From positions 6,756 through 70,755 of the forward strand of contig CAZXFY010000013.1 of NCBI GenBank assembly GCA_964639855.1: a stretch of DNA of 64,000 nucleotides. Reading direction: 5' to 3'. The position numbers and the translations under genes are program-made. The notes beneath the pieces were generated by a model that searched no databases, was not told the DNA's origin, and saw nothing but the letters and a program-made list of their open reading frames with translations. Positions 11,662-20,942 of the stretch are shown piece by piece (position 1 is the first letter of the stretch; each line of letters begins with the position of its first letter). Origin of the DNA: an uncultured Stakelama sp. GTDB taxonomy: Bacteria > Pseudomonadota > Alphaproteobacteria > Sphingomonadales > Sphingomonadaceae.

Positions 11662-11707
11662 GGGCGCGAAGGTAAGCCCCTGACGGGTCGCGCGGAAGGG
11701 CAAAAAT

Positions 11708-11727
11708 CCTCCCCGTGCCGGGGAGGA
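11708..11727. repeat. Half copy of the murD-type palindromic element, just downstream of corC
   Basis: cctccccgtgccgggaggag, nearly identical to the right arm at 62457-62477; may act as a terminator. Confidence 0.65.
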
Positions 11728-11730
11728 GCG

Positions 11731-12633
11731 TCAGACTTCTTCCTCCTCGGTGTGCTTTTCGGGCGGATGCAGCCTCAGCCGTGCGACGCGGCGCGGGTCG
11801 GCATCGACCACCTCGAGCTTCCAGCCCGATTCGTGGTGCAAACACTCGCCCGCCTGCGGCACATGGCCCGCGAGCGTCGCGGCAAGGCCGCCGATCGTGT
11901 CGATATCGTCCTCGGTCTCGGCGAGGCGGGGATCGATGGCGTCGGCGACGTCCTCCAGCTCGGCGCGCGCATCGGCCTCCCAGCCGCCGCCTTCGATCGG
12001 AACGAGCAGCGCGGTGGGCGCCTCGTCATGCTCGTCCTCGATATCGCCGACGATCTCCTCGATCAGGTCTTCGATCGTCACCAGCCCCTCGGTGCCCGAA
12101 TATTCGTCGAGCACGACCGCGAGGTGGACGCGGCGCTGGCGCATGTCGGCGAGCAGATCGAGCGCACCGCGCGATTGCGGCACGTAGAGCGGCTCGCGGA
12201 TCAGGCGCGTGATGCTCGCGGGCGGCGGTGCGCCGGAGGCGAGGATCGCGAACACGTCCTTGACGTGGACCATGCCGATGATCGTATCGAGATTCTCCCG
12301 ATAGACGGGCAGGCGGCTATGCCCCGCCTCGGCGAAGGTCTTCACGAGTTCGTCGAACGGAATGCCTTCCTCGACCGCGATCATGTCCGCGCGCGGCACG
12401 CCGACATCGCCCGCGTCGCGCTCGCCGAAATGGAGCAGGTTGCGGACCATCTGCCGCTCGAGCGGGGTAAGGTCGCCCTTGGCGTCGGGGCCGGGCTCGC
12501 CTTCATGCTCGTCGATTACTTCCTCGAGGCGCGCGCGCAGCGTCTCGTCGCCTTCCTCGCCGAAGAGCAGGGCGCGCAGGCCCCTCCAAATCCCACCGCT
12601 ATCGGCGGGCGTGGTACTCGAATCGTCGGGCAT
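11731..12633 (-). CDS. corC: CBS-pair + CorC/HlyC transporter-associated protein
   Basis: VPRADM, GHSRLPVY, HLAVVLDEYSGTEGLVTIEDLIEEIVGDIEDEHD; position after ybeY. Confidence 0.88.
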   Translation of the reverse strand: MPDDSSTTPADSGGIWRGLRALLFGEEGDETLRARLEEVIDEHEGEPGPDAKGDLTPLERQMVRNLLHFGERDAGDVGVPRADMIAVEEGIPFDELVKTFAEAGHSRLPVYRENLDTIIGMVHVKDVFAILASGAPPPASITRLIREPLYVPQSRGALDLLADMRQRRVHLAVVLDEYSGTEGLVTIEDLIEEIVGDIEDEHDEAPTALLVPIEGGGWEADARAELEDVADAIDPRLAETEDDIDTIGGLAATLAGHVPQAGECLHHESGWKLEVVDADPRRVARLRLHPPEKHTEEEEV

Positions 12634-12708
12634 CGTTCCTTGTCGTATCCCTGTTGAACGGCGGCATATAGGGTGTGCGCCCCCCCCAAGTTAAGAGGGC
12701 GCGTGCGC

Positions 12709-13227
12709 TCACGCCCCGTCCTCGCGAGCGAGATAGGGATCGGCAAGGCCCAGATCGGCCATCGCGCGGCGCTCGATCTCCTCCATCGCCTCGGCTTCGG
12801 TATCGTCGATATGATCGTAGCCGAGCAGGTGGAGCGTGCCGTGGATGACGAGGTGCGCGGCGTGATCCTCGGGCGAAACGCCCTTCTCCCCGGCCTCGGC
12901 GGTGCACACGCCATGCGCGAGCACGATGTCGCCCAGCAGCACCTCGCCATCGTCCGAATTCTCGCTGATCGCCTCGATCAGATCGGGCTGTACCATCGGG
13001 AAGGAGAGGACGTTGGTGGGCTTGTCCTTGCCGCGATAGTCGCGGTTGAGCACGCGCACGTCCTCGTCGCTCGTCAGCCGCACCGAAATCTCGATCCGCG
13101 CGGGCGTGTCGATCAGCGGCCCCTGCGGTGTCCGCCGGATCGCCGCCGTCACCGCGCTGCGGGCGAGCGCGGGCCAGTCCGGGGCGGACGGCCAGGGGGG
13201 CTCACGGGTGAGTTCGATCTCGATCAT
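12709..13227 (-). CDS. ybeY: rRNA maturation RNase YbeY
   Basis: LNRDYRGKDKPTNVLSFP, LLGDIV, HGTLHLLGYDH. Confidence 0.96.
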   Translation of the reverse strand: MIEIELTREPPWPSAPDWPALARSAVTAAIRRTPQGPLIDTPARIEISVRLTSDEDVRVLNRDYRGKDKPTNVLSFPMVQPDLIEAISENSDDGEVLLGDIVLAHGVCTAEAGEKGVSPEDHAAHLVIHGTLHLLGYDHIDDTEAEAMEEIERRAMADLGLADPYLAREDGA

Positions 13228-14225
13228 GCCTCACGCCCCTCATATGCCTCGACGATGCGGCCGACGATCGGGTGGCGCACGACGTCGGCGGCGGTGAAGC
13301 GGACCATGGCGATGCCCTCGATCCCCTCCAGCCGCGCGGTGGCATCCGCCAAACCCGAGGCGGCGACGCCGCCGGGGAGATCGACCTGGCGCGGATCGCC
13401 GCAGACCACCATGCGGCTGTTCTGGCCGAAGCGCGTCAGGAACATCTTCATCTGCGCGGGCGTCGTGTTCTGCGCCTCGTCGAGGATCACGAAGGCGTCG
13501 GAGAGGGTGCGGCCGCGCATGAAGGCGATCGGCGCGATCTCGATCTCGCCGCTCGCGATCCGCCGCTCGACCTGCTCGGGCGGCATGCAATCGTAGAGCG
13601 CGTCGTAGAGCGGACGGAGATAGGGATCGACCTTCTCCTTCATGTCGCCCGGCAGGAAGCCCAGCCGCTCACCCGCCTCGACCGCGGGGCGCGAGAGGAT
13701 GAGGCGCTGCACCGATCCGGTGATGAGCTGCGCCACCGCCTGTGCGACCGCGAGATAGGTTTTGCCCGTGCCCGCGGGGCCGAGCGCGAAGATCATGTCG
13801 TTGCCCACCAGCTCGCGCATGTAATGCGCCTGGGCGGGCGTGCGCGGCACGATCGTCTTGCGGCGCGTGCGGATCATGATCTGCGGCGCGCGGTCCCCCG
13901 CTTCGGCGCGCACGATGCCGTCCAGCTCGGGCTCGGACGCCATCGCGATCGCGGCGTCGACCAGGCCGGGATCGATTTCCTCGCCGCGCTGGATGCGCTT
14001 GTAGAGATCGCTCAGCACGTCGCGGGCGAGCGCCACGTTCTCGGCGGTGCCTTCGAGGCCGACGCGGTTGCCGCGCGCGGTGATATAGACGCCGAGCCGG
14101 TTTTCGAGCGCCGCCAGGTTCTGGTCGTATTGCCCGAAAAGGACGCTGAGGAGCTGCGGCTTGTCGAACGTCACCTCGAGGCGGGAGCGATCGCCTTGCT
14201 GGGCGGGAACGGGCTTGCGGCTCAT
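13224..14225 (-). CDS. phoH: PhoH family ATPase
   Basis: GPAGTGKT, LSRPAVEAGERLGFLPG, RGRTL, LDEAQN, GDPRQVDL. The true start is ATG 14225; the ORF-track extension runs through a REP. Confidence 0.95.
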   Translation of the reverse strand: MSRKPVPAQQGDRSRLEVTFDKPQLLSVLFGQYDQNLAALENRLGVYITARGNRVGLEGTAENVALARDVLSDLYKRIQRGEEIDPGLVDAAIAMASEPELDGIVRAEAGDRAPQIMIRTRRKTIVPRTPAQAHYMRELVGNDMIFALGPAGTGKTYLAVAQAVAQLITGSVQRLILSRPAVEAGERLGFLPGDMKEKVDPYLRPLYDALYDCMPPEQVERRIASGEIEIAPIAFMRGRTLSDAFVILDEAQNTTPAQMKMFLTRFGQNSRMVVCGDPRQVDLPGGVAASGLADATARLEGIEGIAMVRFTAADVVRHPIVGRIVEAYEGREA

Positions 14226-14292
14226 GCGGTCCTTTCGGGAGCGGCGAAGTTGACGAAGTTGACGGTCCGGCGCGCATCGGCCGCAACGGCCG

Positions 14293-14317
14293 AACGGTGC
14301 GGGCGGACACTGGTTCC
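14293..14317 (-). promoter_or_regulatory. Candidate EcfG/sigma-T-type promoter upstream of phoH
   Basis: The minus strand reads GGAAC-CAGTGTCCGCCCGCAC(16)-CGTT, 68 nt upstream of the ATG. A single hit could be chance. Confidence 0.4.
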
Positions 14318-14452
14318 GCGAGCGCCGGCAAGGGGAGTGGCGAGACTCATCCGGGTGCGAGTGTGGCAGAGCGGGGGCGTGTAGGACAGGGGGATTGCGC
14401 CATTCCGGTGCGGCTTTCGCGAAGGGCGTTGCGGAAAAGGCGCACCCGATTT

Positions 14453-14517
14453 CGTCATGCCGGCGAAAGCCGGCATCTCGTTGTAACGGAGAGACCCCGG
14501 CTTTCGCTGGGGTGACG
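14453..14517. repeat. Short CGTC-type REP dimer
   Basis: cgtcatgccggcgaaagccggcatc ... gaccccggctttcgctggggtgacg. Confidence 0.92.
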
Positions 14518-14523
14518 GCGGGT

Positions 14524-15828
14524 TCAGGCCGCCGCGCGCACCCGCTCGACGCCGCCAAGCGAATTCGGCCCGGCCGCGATCAGTTCGACCTCGATCATGT
14601 CGCCCACGCGTGCGTCGGTCGTGAGGTGGACCGATTGGAGCCAGGGCGACTTGCCGAGCATCTGCCCCGGATGCCTGCCCTGCCGCTCGATCAGCACCGT
14701 GCAGGCGCGGCCGACGCTCGCCTCGTTGAACGCGGCCTGATCGCGGTTGAGTGCGGCCTGGAGGCGCTGGAGGCGCTCGTCCATGACCTCGGGCGCGATC
14801 TGGCCATCCATCCCGGCGGCGGGGGTGCCGGGGCGGGGGGAGTATTTGAAGCTGAACGCCTGAGCGTAGCGGACCTCGTCGATCAGGCGCAAAGTGTCCT
14901 CGAACTCGGCATCGGTCTCGCTGGGAAAGCCGACGATGAAATCGCCAGACAGCGCGATGTCGGGCCGCGCGGCGCGGACCTTGTCGAGGATGCGGAGATA
15001 TGAATCGCGGCCGTGCGACCGGTTCATCGCCTTCAGGATGCGGCTGTTGCCCGATTGCACCGGCAAATGAAGGAAGGGCATCAGCTTCTCGACATCGCGG
15101 TGCGCGTCGATCAGGCCCTGCGTCATGTCGTTGGGGTGGCTCGTCGTGTAGCGGATACGGTGCAGTCCCTCGATCCGGTCGAGCGCGCGGATCAGCGCAT
15201 CGAACCCGCGATCGCCGTCGGCCCATGCGTTGACGTTCTGGCCGAGCAGCGTGATCTCCTTCGCGCCCGCATCGACCAGCGCCTTTGCCTCGTCCAGGAT
15301 CGCGGCGAAGGGGCGCGAAACCTCGGCGCCGCGCGTATAGGGCACGACGCAATAGGTGCAGAACTTGTCGCACCCTTCCTGCACGGTGAGGAAGGCGGAC
15401 GGGCCGACCTTGCGGCGGGCCGGGAGCGCCCCGAACTTGCTCGCGATCGGCATGTCGGTGTCGAGCGCAGCCTTGCCCGCGGCGGCGTCGGCGACGAGTT
15501 TGGGCAGGTTGTGATAGGCCTGCGGGCCGACCACCACGTCCACCTTCGCGCGGTCGACGATCTCCTCGCCCTCGGCCTGCGCGACGCAGCCGGCGATCGC
15601 GATCATCGGATCGCCGTTCTTCCGCAGCCGGCCGATGTCCGAATAAACCTTCTCGGTCGCCTTCTCGCGGATGTGGCAGGTGTTGAGCACGACCAGATCG
15701 GCCTCGCCGATCTCGGCCGGCATCAGGCCCTGCGCGGTCATCAATTCGGCCATGCGCTCGCCGTCATAGACGTTCATCTGGCAGCCGAACGACTTGACGG
15801 CGAAGGTTTTCGGAGCGGGCTTGGGCAT
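14524..15828 (-). CDS. miaB: tRNA methylthiotransferase MiaB
   Basis: FGCQMNVYD, LNTCHIREKA, QEGCDKFCTYCVVPYTRG, HLPVQSG, FSFKYSPRPGTPAA, and a TRAM domain. Confidence 0.97.
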   Translation of the reverse strand: MPKPAPKTFAVKSFGCQMNVYDGERMAELMTAQGLMPAEIGEADLVVLNTCHIREKATEKVYSDIGRLRKNGDPMIAIAGCVAQAEGEEIVDRAKVDVVVGPQAYHNLPKLVADAAAGKAALDTDMPIASKFGALPARRKVGPSAFLTVQEGCDKFCTYCVVPYTRGAEVSRPFAAILDEAKALVDAGAKEITLLGQNVNAWADGDRGFDALIRALDRIEGLHRIRYTTSHPNDMTQGLIDAHRDVEKLMPFLHLPVQSGNSRILKAMNRSHGRDSYLRILDKVRAARPDIALSGDFIVGFPSETDAEFEDTLRLIDEVRYAQAFSFKYSPRPGTPAAGMDGQIAPEVMDERLQRLQAALNRDQAAFNEASVGRACTVLIERQGRHPGQMLGKSPWLQSVHLTTDARVGDMIEVELIAAGPNSLGGVERVRAAA

Positions 15829-15880
15829 GGGCGTGCCTATACGCGGATGCGCAGCGGGCGGCTAGGGCGCGTAGGTGGCC

Positions 15881-15914
15881 AAAAAAAGGCGCGCCTCGTC
15901 ATGCGAAGCGCGCC
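15881..15914 (-). terminator. Rho-independent terminator of the channel gene
   Basis: ggcgcgc...gcgcgcc stem with an A7 run (U tract on the minus strand). Confidence 0.6.
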
Positions 15915-15936
15915 CTGAAGCGAATCCGCCTGCCGA

Positions 15937-17142
15937 TCAGAGCGGCGGGCGGGGGCCGCGCGACGTCCAGCGTTCAAGCAGCTTGTGCGCGGTTTCGCGT
16001 CCGCCCAGGCCGAAGGCAAGCGCGCAGGCGACCGCGGCCGAGCCCAGGATCAGGCCGAAGGCGAGGTTCACGATCTCGTTCGCCAGCCCCATGAAACGCA
16101 GGCCCATCGCGGTGGCCAGCGCGATGATCGCATAGCGCACGATGGTCGGCGCGAAGCCGCTGTCACCCGACGCATTGGCGACGATGCCGGCGAGGACGCG
16201 CGCCAGCAACGTCCCGACAACGATGATGACGGCACCGAACAATACGTGGCCGCCGAGCAGGGTCAGCCGCGCCATCAGCATTTCGAGCGTGGGGATGTCG
16301 AGCACGTCGACCGCCGCCATCGCCGCGACCAGCATGATCGCGGTCAGCACGATCGCGCCCGCAACGCGCGAGCCGTTGGTTCCCTCGGCGACCAGGCCCG
16401 AGCCGGCTAGCGCATTGTCGAAGCCGAGCGTCGACAGCAATTGTTCGGTCCAGCGCCTGACGTAACGGCCGATCAGATAGGCGCCGGCCAGGATGAGCGC
16501 GGCAGCCACCAGCTTCGGCAGGAACAGCGCGACGCTGTCGAGGATGCCGACAAGCGGATCGGAAAGCGAGTTCAGGTGCAGCGTCTGGAGCGCGGCGGTC
16601 GCCACCGGGACGATGATGAGGATGAAGACGATCAGCCCGATCGCCTTGCTGAGCGAGAGGGCTCCTTCGTGCGCGGCGCCTGTCACCTCGTCGGCGCCCG
16701 CGCGGGCGAGCCAGCCATCCGCGTTGATTGCGGCCAGCCCGGTCTCGACCACGCGGCGCGTGATGGTCGCCAGAATGAAGCCGAAAAAGAAGATCAGGCC
16801 CGCGCCGACCAGATTCGGGATGAACGCGAAGACGCTGCTGGTCAGGTCGTTGATCGGGGCGACGACCTGGTTGAGCCCGAGTGGCGCCAGCGCGGCGACG
16901 AGACCGACGAGCCAGATCACCCAATAAGCGAGCGCGCCGATTTGCTTGCCGATCGTGTCACCTGCCTGCTCGTTCCAGTGGCGCTTCAGCACGGGGATGC
17001 GGTCGACGAGGCGCGCGACCCCCCATTGCACCGCCTTGGCGATGAAATGAGTCACGACCAGAATGGCCAATGCCGCGATTATCCTGAGCCCCCATGACTG
17101 AACTGCCGGCCAGTCCACGCTGCTCTGCCAATTGTGGTTCAC
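15937..17142 (-). CDS. TM-helix-repeat / mechanosensitive-channel-like membrane protein (CmpX-like)
   Basis: Repeated FIPNLVGAGLI / FLPKLVAAALI units and a C-terminal ALAFGLGG. Start taken at GTG 17142. Confidence 0.75.
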   Translation of the reverse strand: MNHNWQSSVDWPAVQSWGLRIIAALAILVVTHFIAKAVQWGVARLVDRIPVLKRHWNEQAGDTIGKQIGALAYWVIWLVGLVAALAPLGLNQVVAPINDLTSSVFAFIPNLVGAGLIFFFGFILATITRRVVETGLAAINADGWLARAGADEVTGAAHEGALSLSKAIGLIVFILIIVPVATAALQTLHLNSLSDPLVGILDSVALFLPKLVAAALILAGAYLIGRYVRRWTEQLLSTLGFDNALAGSGLVAEGTNGSRVAGAIVLTAIMLVAAMAAVDVLDIPTLEMLMARLTLLGGHVLFGAVIIVVGTLLARVLAGIVANASGDSGFAPTIVRYAIIALATAMGLRFMGLANEIVNLAFGLILGSAAVACALAFGLGGRETAHKLLERWTSRGPRPPL

Positions 17143-17274
17143 GTCATGTTCCCCATTTCCATGAATCCAGGAAAGACAAGCTAACATAACCGGCGACCTG
17201 TCGCCAAGGCAGCACTATTCGTCGTCGAAGAACGGCTTTGGATTATCTTTGCGATCGGCAATCGCGGCGATCAA

Positions 17275-18057
17275 TTACCGGTGCCGGATCGTTTCATTAT
17301 CGGCGATCAATGCCGCAACCGACGGTATCTGGGGCATCGCCTCCGCGATTCTCCGACGCGCTTCGGCGGCGATGGCTTTGCGGTCGGGCCAGGCGGCGGG
17401 GTCGAACGGGGCGAGGCAGGTGACGGTCACCGTGAAGCTCCCCGGCCGGGCGAGGATCTTGAGCGCGTTCGTCTGCCCCGGCTCGTCGCCGAGCCATTCG
17501 ACGTCGTGCGCGCCCGCGCCGTAATCGAGCAGCACCGGCTGGACCATCACGCCGGGCGGCGGCGGTTCGAGCACGGCGAGCAGCGGCGCCTTGAACGGCA
17601 GCAGCGCGCCCGCGCCGCTCGTGGTGCCCTCGGGGAAGATCGTCACCGGCCAGGCATGGGCGAGCGCGTCCCTCAAGTCGGCGATCTGGCGCGCGATCCC
17701 CATTCGGTCGGTGCGCGCGACGAAGATCGTGTGGTTGAGCGTGCACAGCCAACCGATCAGCGGCACGGTCTTCAGCTCGGCCTTGGCGACGAACGCGGTG
17801 CCCGTCGCGCCCGCAAGCACGAGGATGTCGAGCCAGCTCGTATGGTTGGCGAGGAAGATCACGTCGCGCCGCAGCGGCCGCCCGACCATGCGCCGCCGCA
17901 CGCCGCACACCCATGCCGCCGTCCCCAGGAACCAGCGCGGCCAGGGCGAGGGAAGCCGGAACAGCCGCCACAGGCCATGGCCGGCGACACAGCCGAGCAG
18001 CGCCAGGGCAAGCCCCGCCAGCCTCAGCCCGATCCGCAGCCGGGCGGCCGCGTCAAT
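17275..18057 (-). CDS. Lysophospholipid acyltransferase (PlsC family), start codon unresolved
   Basis: FLANHTSWLD (NHxxxxD) and IFPEGTT. The frame is open up to the fur stop, but the first ATG/GTG/TTG is at 17910, after the N-terminal hydrophobic segment. Confidence 0.85.
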   Translation of the reverse strand: MDAAARLRIGLRLAGLALALLGCVAGHGLWRLFRLPSPWPRWFLGTAAWVCGVRRRMVGRPLRRDVIFLANHTSWLDILVLAGATGTAFVAKAELKTVPLIGWLCTLNHTIFVARTDRMGIARQIADLRDALAHAWPVTIFPEGTTSGAGALLPFKAPLLAVLEPPPPGVMVQPVLLDYGAGAHDVEWLGDEPGQTNALKILARPGSFTVTVTCLAPFDPAAWPDRKAIAAEARRRIAEAMPQIPSVAALIADNETIRHR

Positions 18058-18475
18058 TCTTGCGGTCGAGCGCGACGCCGTAGAGTTCCATGCGGTGGTC
18101 GACGAGGCGGAAGCCCAGCCGTTCGGCGATCTGCTTCTGGAGCTGCTCCAGCTCGGGATCGACGAATTCGAGCACCTTGCCCGTCTCGACGTCGATCAGA
18201 TGGTCGTGGTGCGATTCGGGCGCGGGCTCGTAGCGCGAGCGGCCGTCGCCGAAATCGTGGCGGTCGAGAATGCCCGCCTCCTCGAACAGCCGCACCGTGC
18301 GATAGACGGTCGCGATCGAGATGCCCGGATCGATCGCCGAGGCACGCTCGTACACCTTCTCGACGTCGGGATGGTCGTCGGCATCGGAGAGCACGCGCGC
18401 GATCACGCGGCGCTGCTCGGTGATACGCAGGCCCTTTTCGTTGCACAGGGCTTCGAGATCGATCTTGCGCGGCAT
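18053..18475 (-). CDS. fur: Ferric uptake regulator family protein
   Basis: GLRITEQR, DHPDVE, ISIATVYRTVRLFEEAG, HHDHLID. Confidence 0.93.
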   Translation of the reverse strand: MPRKIDLEALCNEKGLRITEQRRVIARVLSDADDHPDVEKVYERASAIDPGISIATVYRTVRLFEEAGILDRHDFGDGRSRYEPAPESHHDHLIDVETGKVLEFVDPELEQLQKQIAERLGFRLVDHRMELYGVALDRKN

Positions 18476-18545
18476 GATCCCGATGTAATGCGATATCCTG
18501 CGCGGGCCAAGGGCGACCGACTCGCAATAAGCGGTCGCCCAATTA

Positions 18546-18610
18546 CGTCATGCCAGCGAAAGCTGGTATCGTTCAGTCGTTGCGAGACCCCGGCTTTCGC
18601 TAGGGTGACG
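18546..18610. repeat. Short CGTC-type REP dimer
   Basis: cgtcatgccagcgaaagctggtatc ... gaccccggctttcgctagggtgacg. Confidence 0.92.
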
Positions 18611-18615
18611 GCATG

Positions 18616-19032
18616 TTACCGCGATTTGCGGCGCTTGGTGCCCAGGCCGATCTTCTTGGCGAGGTTGCGGCGCTGCTCGGCGTAATTGGGGGCGACCATC
18701 GGATAATCGACGGGCAGGTTCCATTTCTGCCGATATTGTTCGGGCGTCATCTGATAGTGCGTCATCAGATGCCGCTTGAGCATCTTGAGCTTCTTGCCGT
18801 CCTCGAGGCAGACGATGTAGTCGGGTTTCACAGAAGAACGGATCGAAACCGCGGGCTCTTGCTTCACTTCGGGCTCTTCGACGGGCTTGGTGAGCCCGGC
18901 GAGCGCGCCGTGGACGTTCTGGATGATGAGCGGAAGGTCCGAAACCGCGACGCTGTTGTTGCTCACGTGCGCGGCGACAATATCCGCGGTCAGCGTGACC
19001 AGTGTTTCCTGCATGTCGTTGTCGGTATCCAT
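18616..19032 (-). CDS. mucR: Ros/MucR zinc-finger transcriptional regulator
   Basis: [48 protein letters not shown]. Start at ATG 19032. Confidence 0.95.
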   Translation of the reverse strand: MDTDNDMQETLVTLTADIVAAHVSNNSVAVSDLPLIIQNVHGALAGLTKPVEEPEVKQEPAVSIRSSVKPDYIVCLEDGKKLKMLKRHLMTHYQMTPEQYRQKWNLPVDYPMVAPNYAEQRRNLAKKIGLGTKRRKSR

Positions 19033-19139
19033 GACGTTCCTTTCGACCCTTACTGCGCCTGCGGGAAAAAACAGGCATGCGGTGTCTATCGAGCCGTTCG
19101 GGCCCAAGTGCAAGGGGGTTTCGGCCGCGATGTCGCGAA

Positions 19140-19616
19140 TCAACCGAGCGCGCGCGCAAAGGTGTGCGCGTCGAACAACTTGCCGCCCGCGCCGCGATAG
19201 TAATTTCGGCGTTCACCGATTTTCTCGAATCCCGCCTTGCGATACAGCATCACCGCTTCGTTGCCCGCGCGCACTTCGAGATGGAGCTTCCTGGCGCCTT
19301 GCGTTTCGCATGCGGCGATCGCCGCGCGGAGCAGCGCGCTGCCGATTCCGCGCCGCCGCTTCTTCGGATCGACCGCGAGCAGCAGCAGCTCGGCTTCGTC
19401 GAGGATCGCGCGGGTAATGGCGAAGCCGACGGGGGCGCCGTCCAGCTCGGCGATGGTCAGCGTGACGCCGGGCATCGCCATCACGCCCGTGCATTGGCTG
19501 CGTGTCCATGCCTCGCCGTAGCGCGGATCGAACGCGGCCTGGATGATCGGCTCGACGGTCGCGAGATCGGCGATCCCGCCGCTGCGCAACGTGACGTGGG
19601 TCAGCACGGTGCTCAT
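19140..19616 (-). CDS. rimI: Ribosomal protein S18 alanine N-acetyltransferase (GNAT)
   Basis: [28 protein letters not shown]...RRNYY; follows tsaB. Confidence 0.85.
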   Translation of the reverse strand: MSTVLTHVTLRSGGIADLATVEPIIQAAFDPRYGEAWTRSQCTGVMAMPGVTLTIAELDGAPVGFAITRAILDEAELLLLAVDPKKRRRGIGSALLRAAIAACETQGARKLHLEVRAGNEAVMLYRKAGFEKIGERRNYYRGAGGKLFDAHTFARALG

Positions 19617-20230
19617 GCGCGCGCGCTCAGCGGCACCGCGTCGGGCGCGCGGCCGTAGATCGGGCTGGGCGGCAGCGCGCGGCAGTCGGGCGGAAGCAGC
19701 CGGGCGTCGGCGGCGCGCGGAAGCGCTTCGATCGCGTCGCCTGTCTCGCCGAGCCAGCGAATGCCGCTGCCGACCGCGCGGCGCCCGTCGAGCGCGGCCA
19801 GCGCCGCATCGGGCCTCAGCGAGAAGAGCGGTCCGTCGTCCGCGAAGGGCTGCGAAAAGGGCTGCATGAACAGCTCGCCATGCCCGCCCTCGAGCACGAC
19901 CGCAAGGCGATCGAGCGCGGGATCGCGCGCGAATTCGGCGGCGGCGACGAGCGCGGTCGAGGAATAGCCGCGCGCCCCGACACCCCAGCCGAGCGCCAGC
20001 GCGCGCGCCGCGGCGATCCCGACGCGAACGCCGGTGAAGCTGCCCGGCCCGACATCGACGAGGATCGCGCCGGCGCGCCCGCCTTCCGGCAGCGCGGCGA
20101 TCATCGGCAGCAGCCGCTCGGCATGGCCCCGGCCCACGATCTCGTGGCGCTCGGCGTGCACGGCATCCCCCTCGATCAGCGCGACCGAGCAGGCGGCGGT
20201 GGCGGTGTCGATGACGAGAGTTCTGGCCAT
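19613..20230 (-). CDS. tsaB: t6A biosynthesis protein TsaB
   Basis: LVIDTAT..CSVAL, HAERLLPMI, GPGSFTGVRVG. Start at ATG 20230. Confidence 0.93.
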   Translation of the reverse strand: MARTLVIDTATAACSVALIEGDAVHAERHEIVGRGHAERLLPMIAALPEGGRAGAILVDVGPGSFTGVRVGIAAARALALGWGVGARGYSSTALVAAAEFARDPALDRLAVVLEGGHGELFMQPFSQPFADDGPLFSLRPDAALAALDGRRAVGSGIRWLGETGDAIEALPRAADARLLPPDCRALPPSPIYGRAPDAVPLSARA

Positions 20231-20235
20231 ATACC

Positions 20236-20299
20236 CGTCATGCCGGCGAAAGCCGGCATCTTTCCGTTTCAAGAGACCCCAGCTTTCGCCGGGGTGACG
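20236..20299. repeat. Short CGTC-type REP dimer immediately upstream of tsaB
   Basis: cgtcatgccggcgaaagccggcatc ... gaccccagctttcgccggggtgacg. Confidence 0.92.
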
Positions 20300-20306
20300 C
20301 GAGGCG

Positions 20307-20906
20307 TCAATCGATCCGGTTGAACCGCTCGAACTCGGGCCGCGGGCTGCGGCCGAAGATCGTGGCGGGATCGCCGTGGCCCAGGGTCGAGATGAAGTTG
20401 GATGTCACATGCGGCGTATCGGCGAAGAAGGCGGCGTCGACCGCGGCGTTGTCGAACCCCGACATCGGCCCCGTGTCGAGCCCGATCGCGCGGGCGGCGA
20501 TGATGAAATAGGCGCCCTGGAGCGAGGAATTGCGGAACGCATGCGCCCGCCGCAGCGCAAGCTTGTCGTCGCCCGCGAACCAGCTCTTCGCGTCGGTATG
20601 CGGGAACAGGAAGGGCAGGTGCTCGTGAAATTCCTCGTCCATGCCGATGATCACGGCGGCGGGCGCCTTCCTGATCTTGTCGGGATTGGTCCCGGTCGCG
20701 AGCGCGGCGAGCTTGTCCTTCGCCTCCTGCGACAACAGCCAGACGAAGCGCGCGGGCTGCTGATTGGCCGAGGTCGGCCCCATCTTGAGCAGGTCGTAGA
20801 TCTGCCGGATTTCGGCTTCGGTGACGGGCTCGTCGGTATAGCCGTTATAGGTGCGCGCGGTGCGGAAGATCGTGTCGAGCGCCGCGTCGGAAAGCTTCTC
20901 GCCCAT
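20307..20906 (-). CDS. Nitroreductase family, malonic semialdehyde reductase (RutE-like)
   Basis: FRTARTYN, GPTSANQQPARF, NSSLQGAYFI, GLDTGPMSGFD, GRSPRPEF. Confidence 0.88.
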   Translation of the reverse strand: MGEKLSDAALDTIFRTARTYNGYTDEPVTEAEIRQIYDLLKMGPTSANQQPARFVWLLSQEAKDKLAALATGTNPDKIRKAPAAVIIGMDEEFHEHLPFLFPHTDAKSWFAGDDKLALRRAHAFRNSSLQGAYFIIAARAIGLDTGPMSGFDNAAVDAAFFADTPHVTSNFISTLGHGDPATIFGRSPRPEFERFNRID

Positions 20907-20942
20907 TCTTTTCCCTGTTTTTCGTGTCGGCAGCGGCGCGGA

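Noticed and set aside
14245-14264. Direct repeat cgaagttga x2 upstream of phoH as a PHO box
   Set aside because: The period is 9 bp rather than 11, and it does not match CTGTCAT.
14226-14558. N-terminal extensions of phoH (to 14558), and likewise tsaB (20272), mucR (19143), rplJ (25274) and recX (47894)
   Set aside because: These are ORF-finder artefacts; homology begins at the downstream starts, and some extensions read through REPs.
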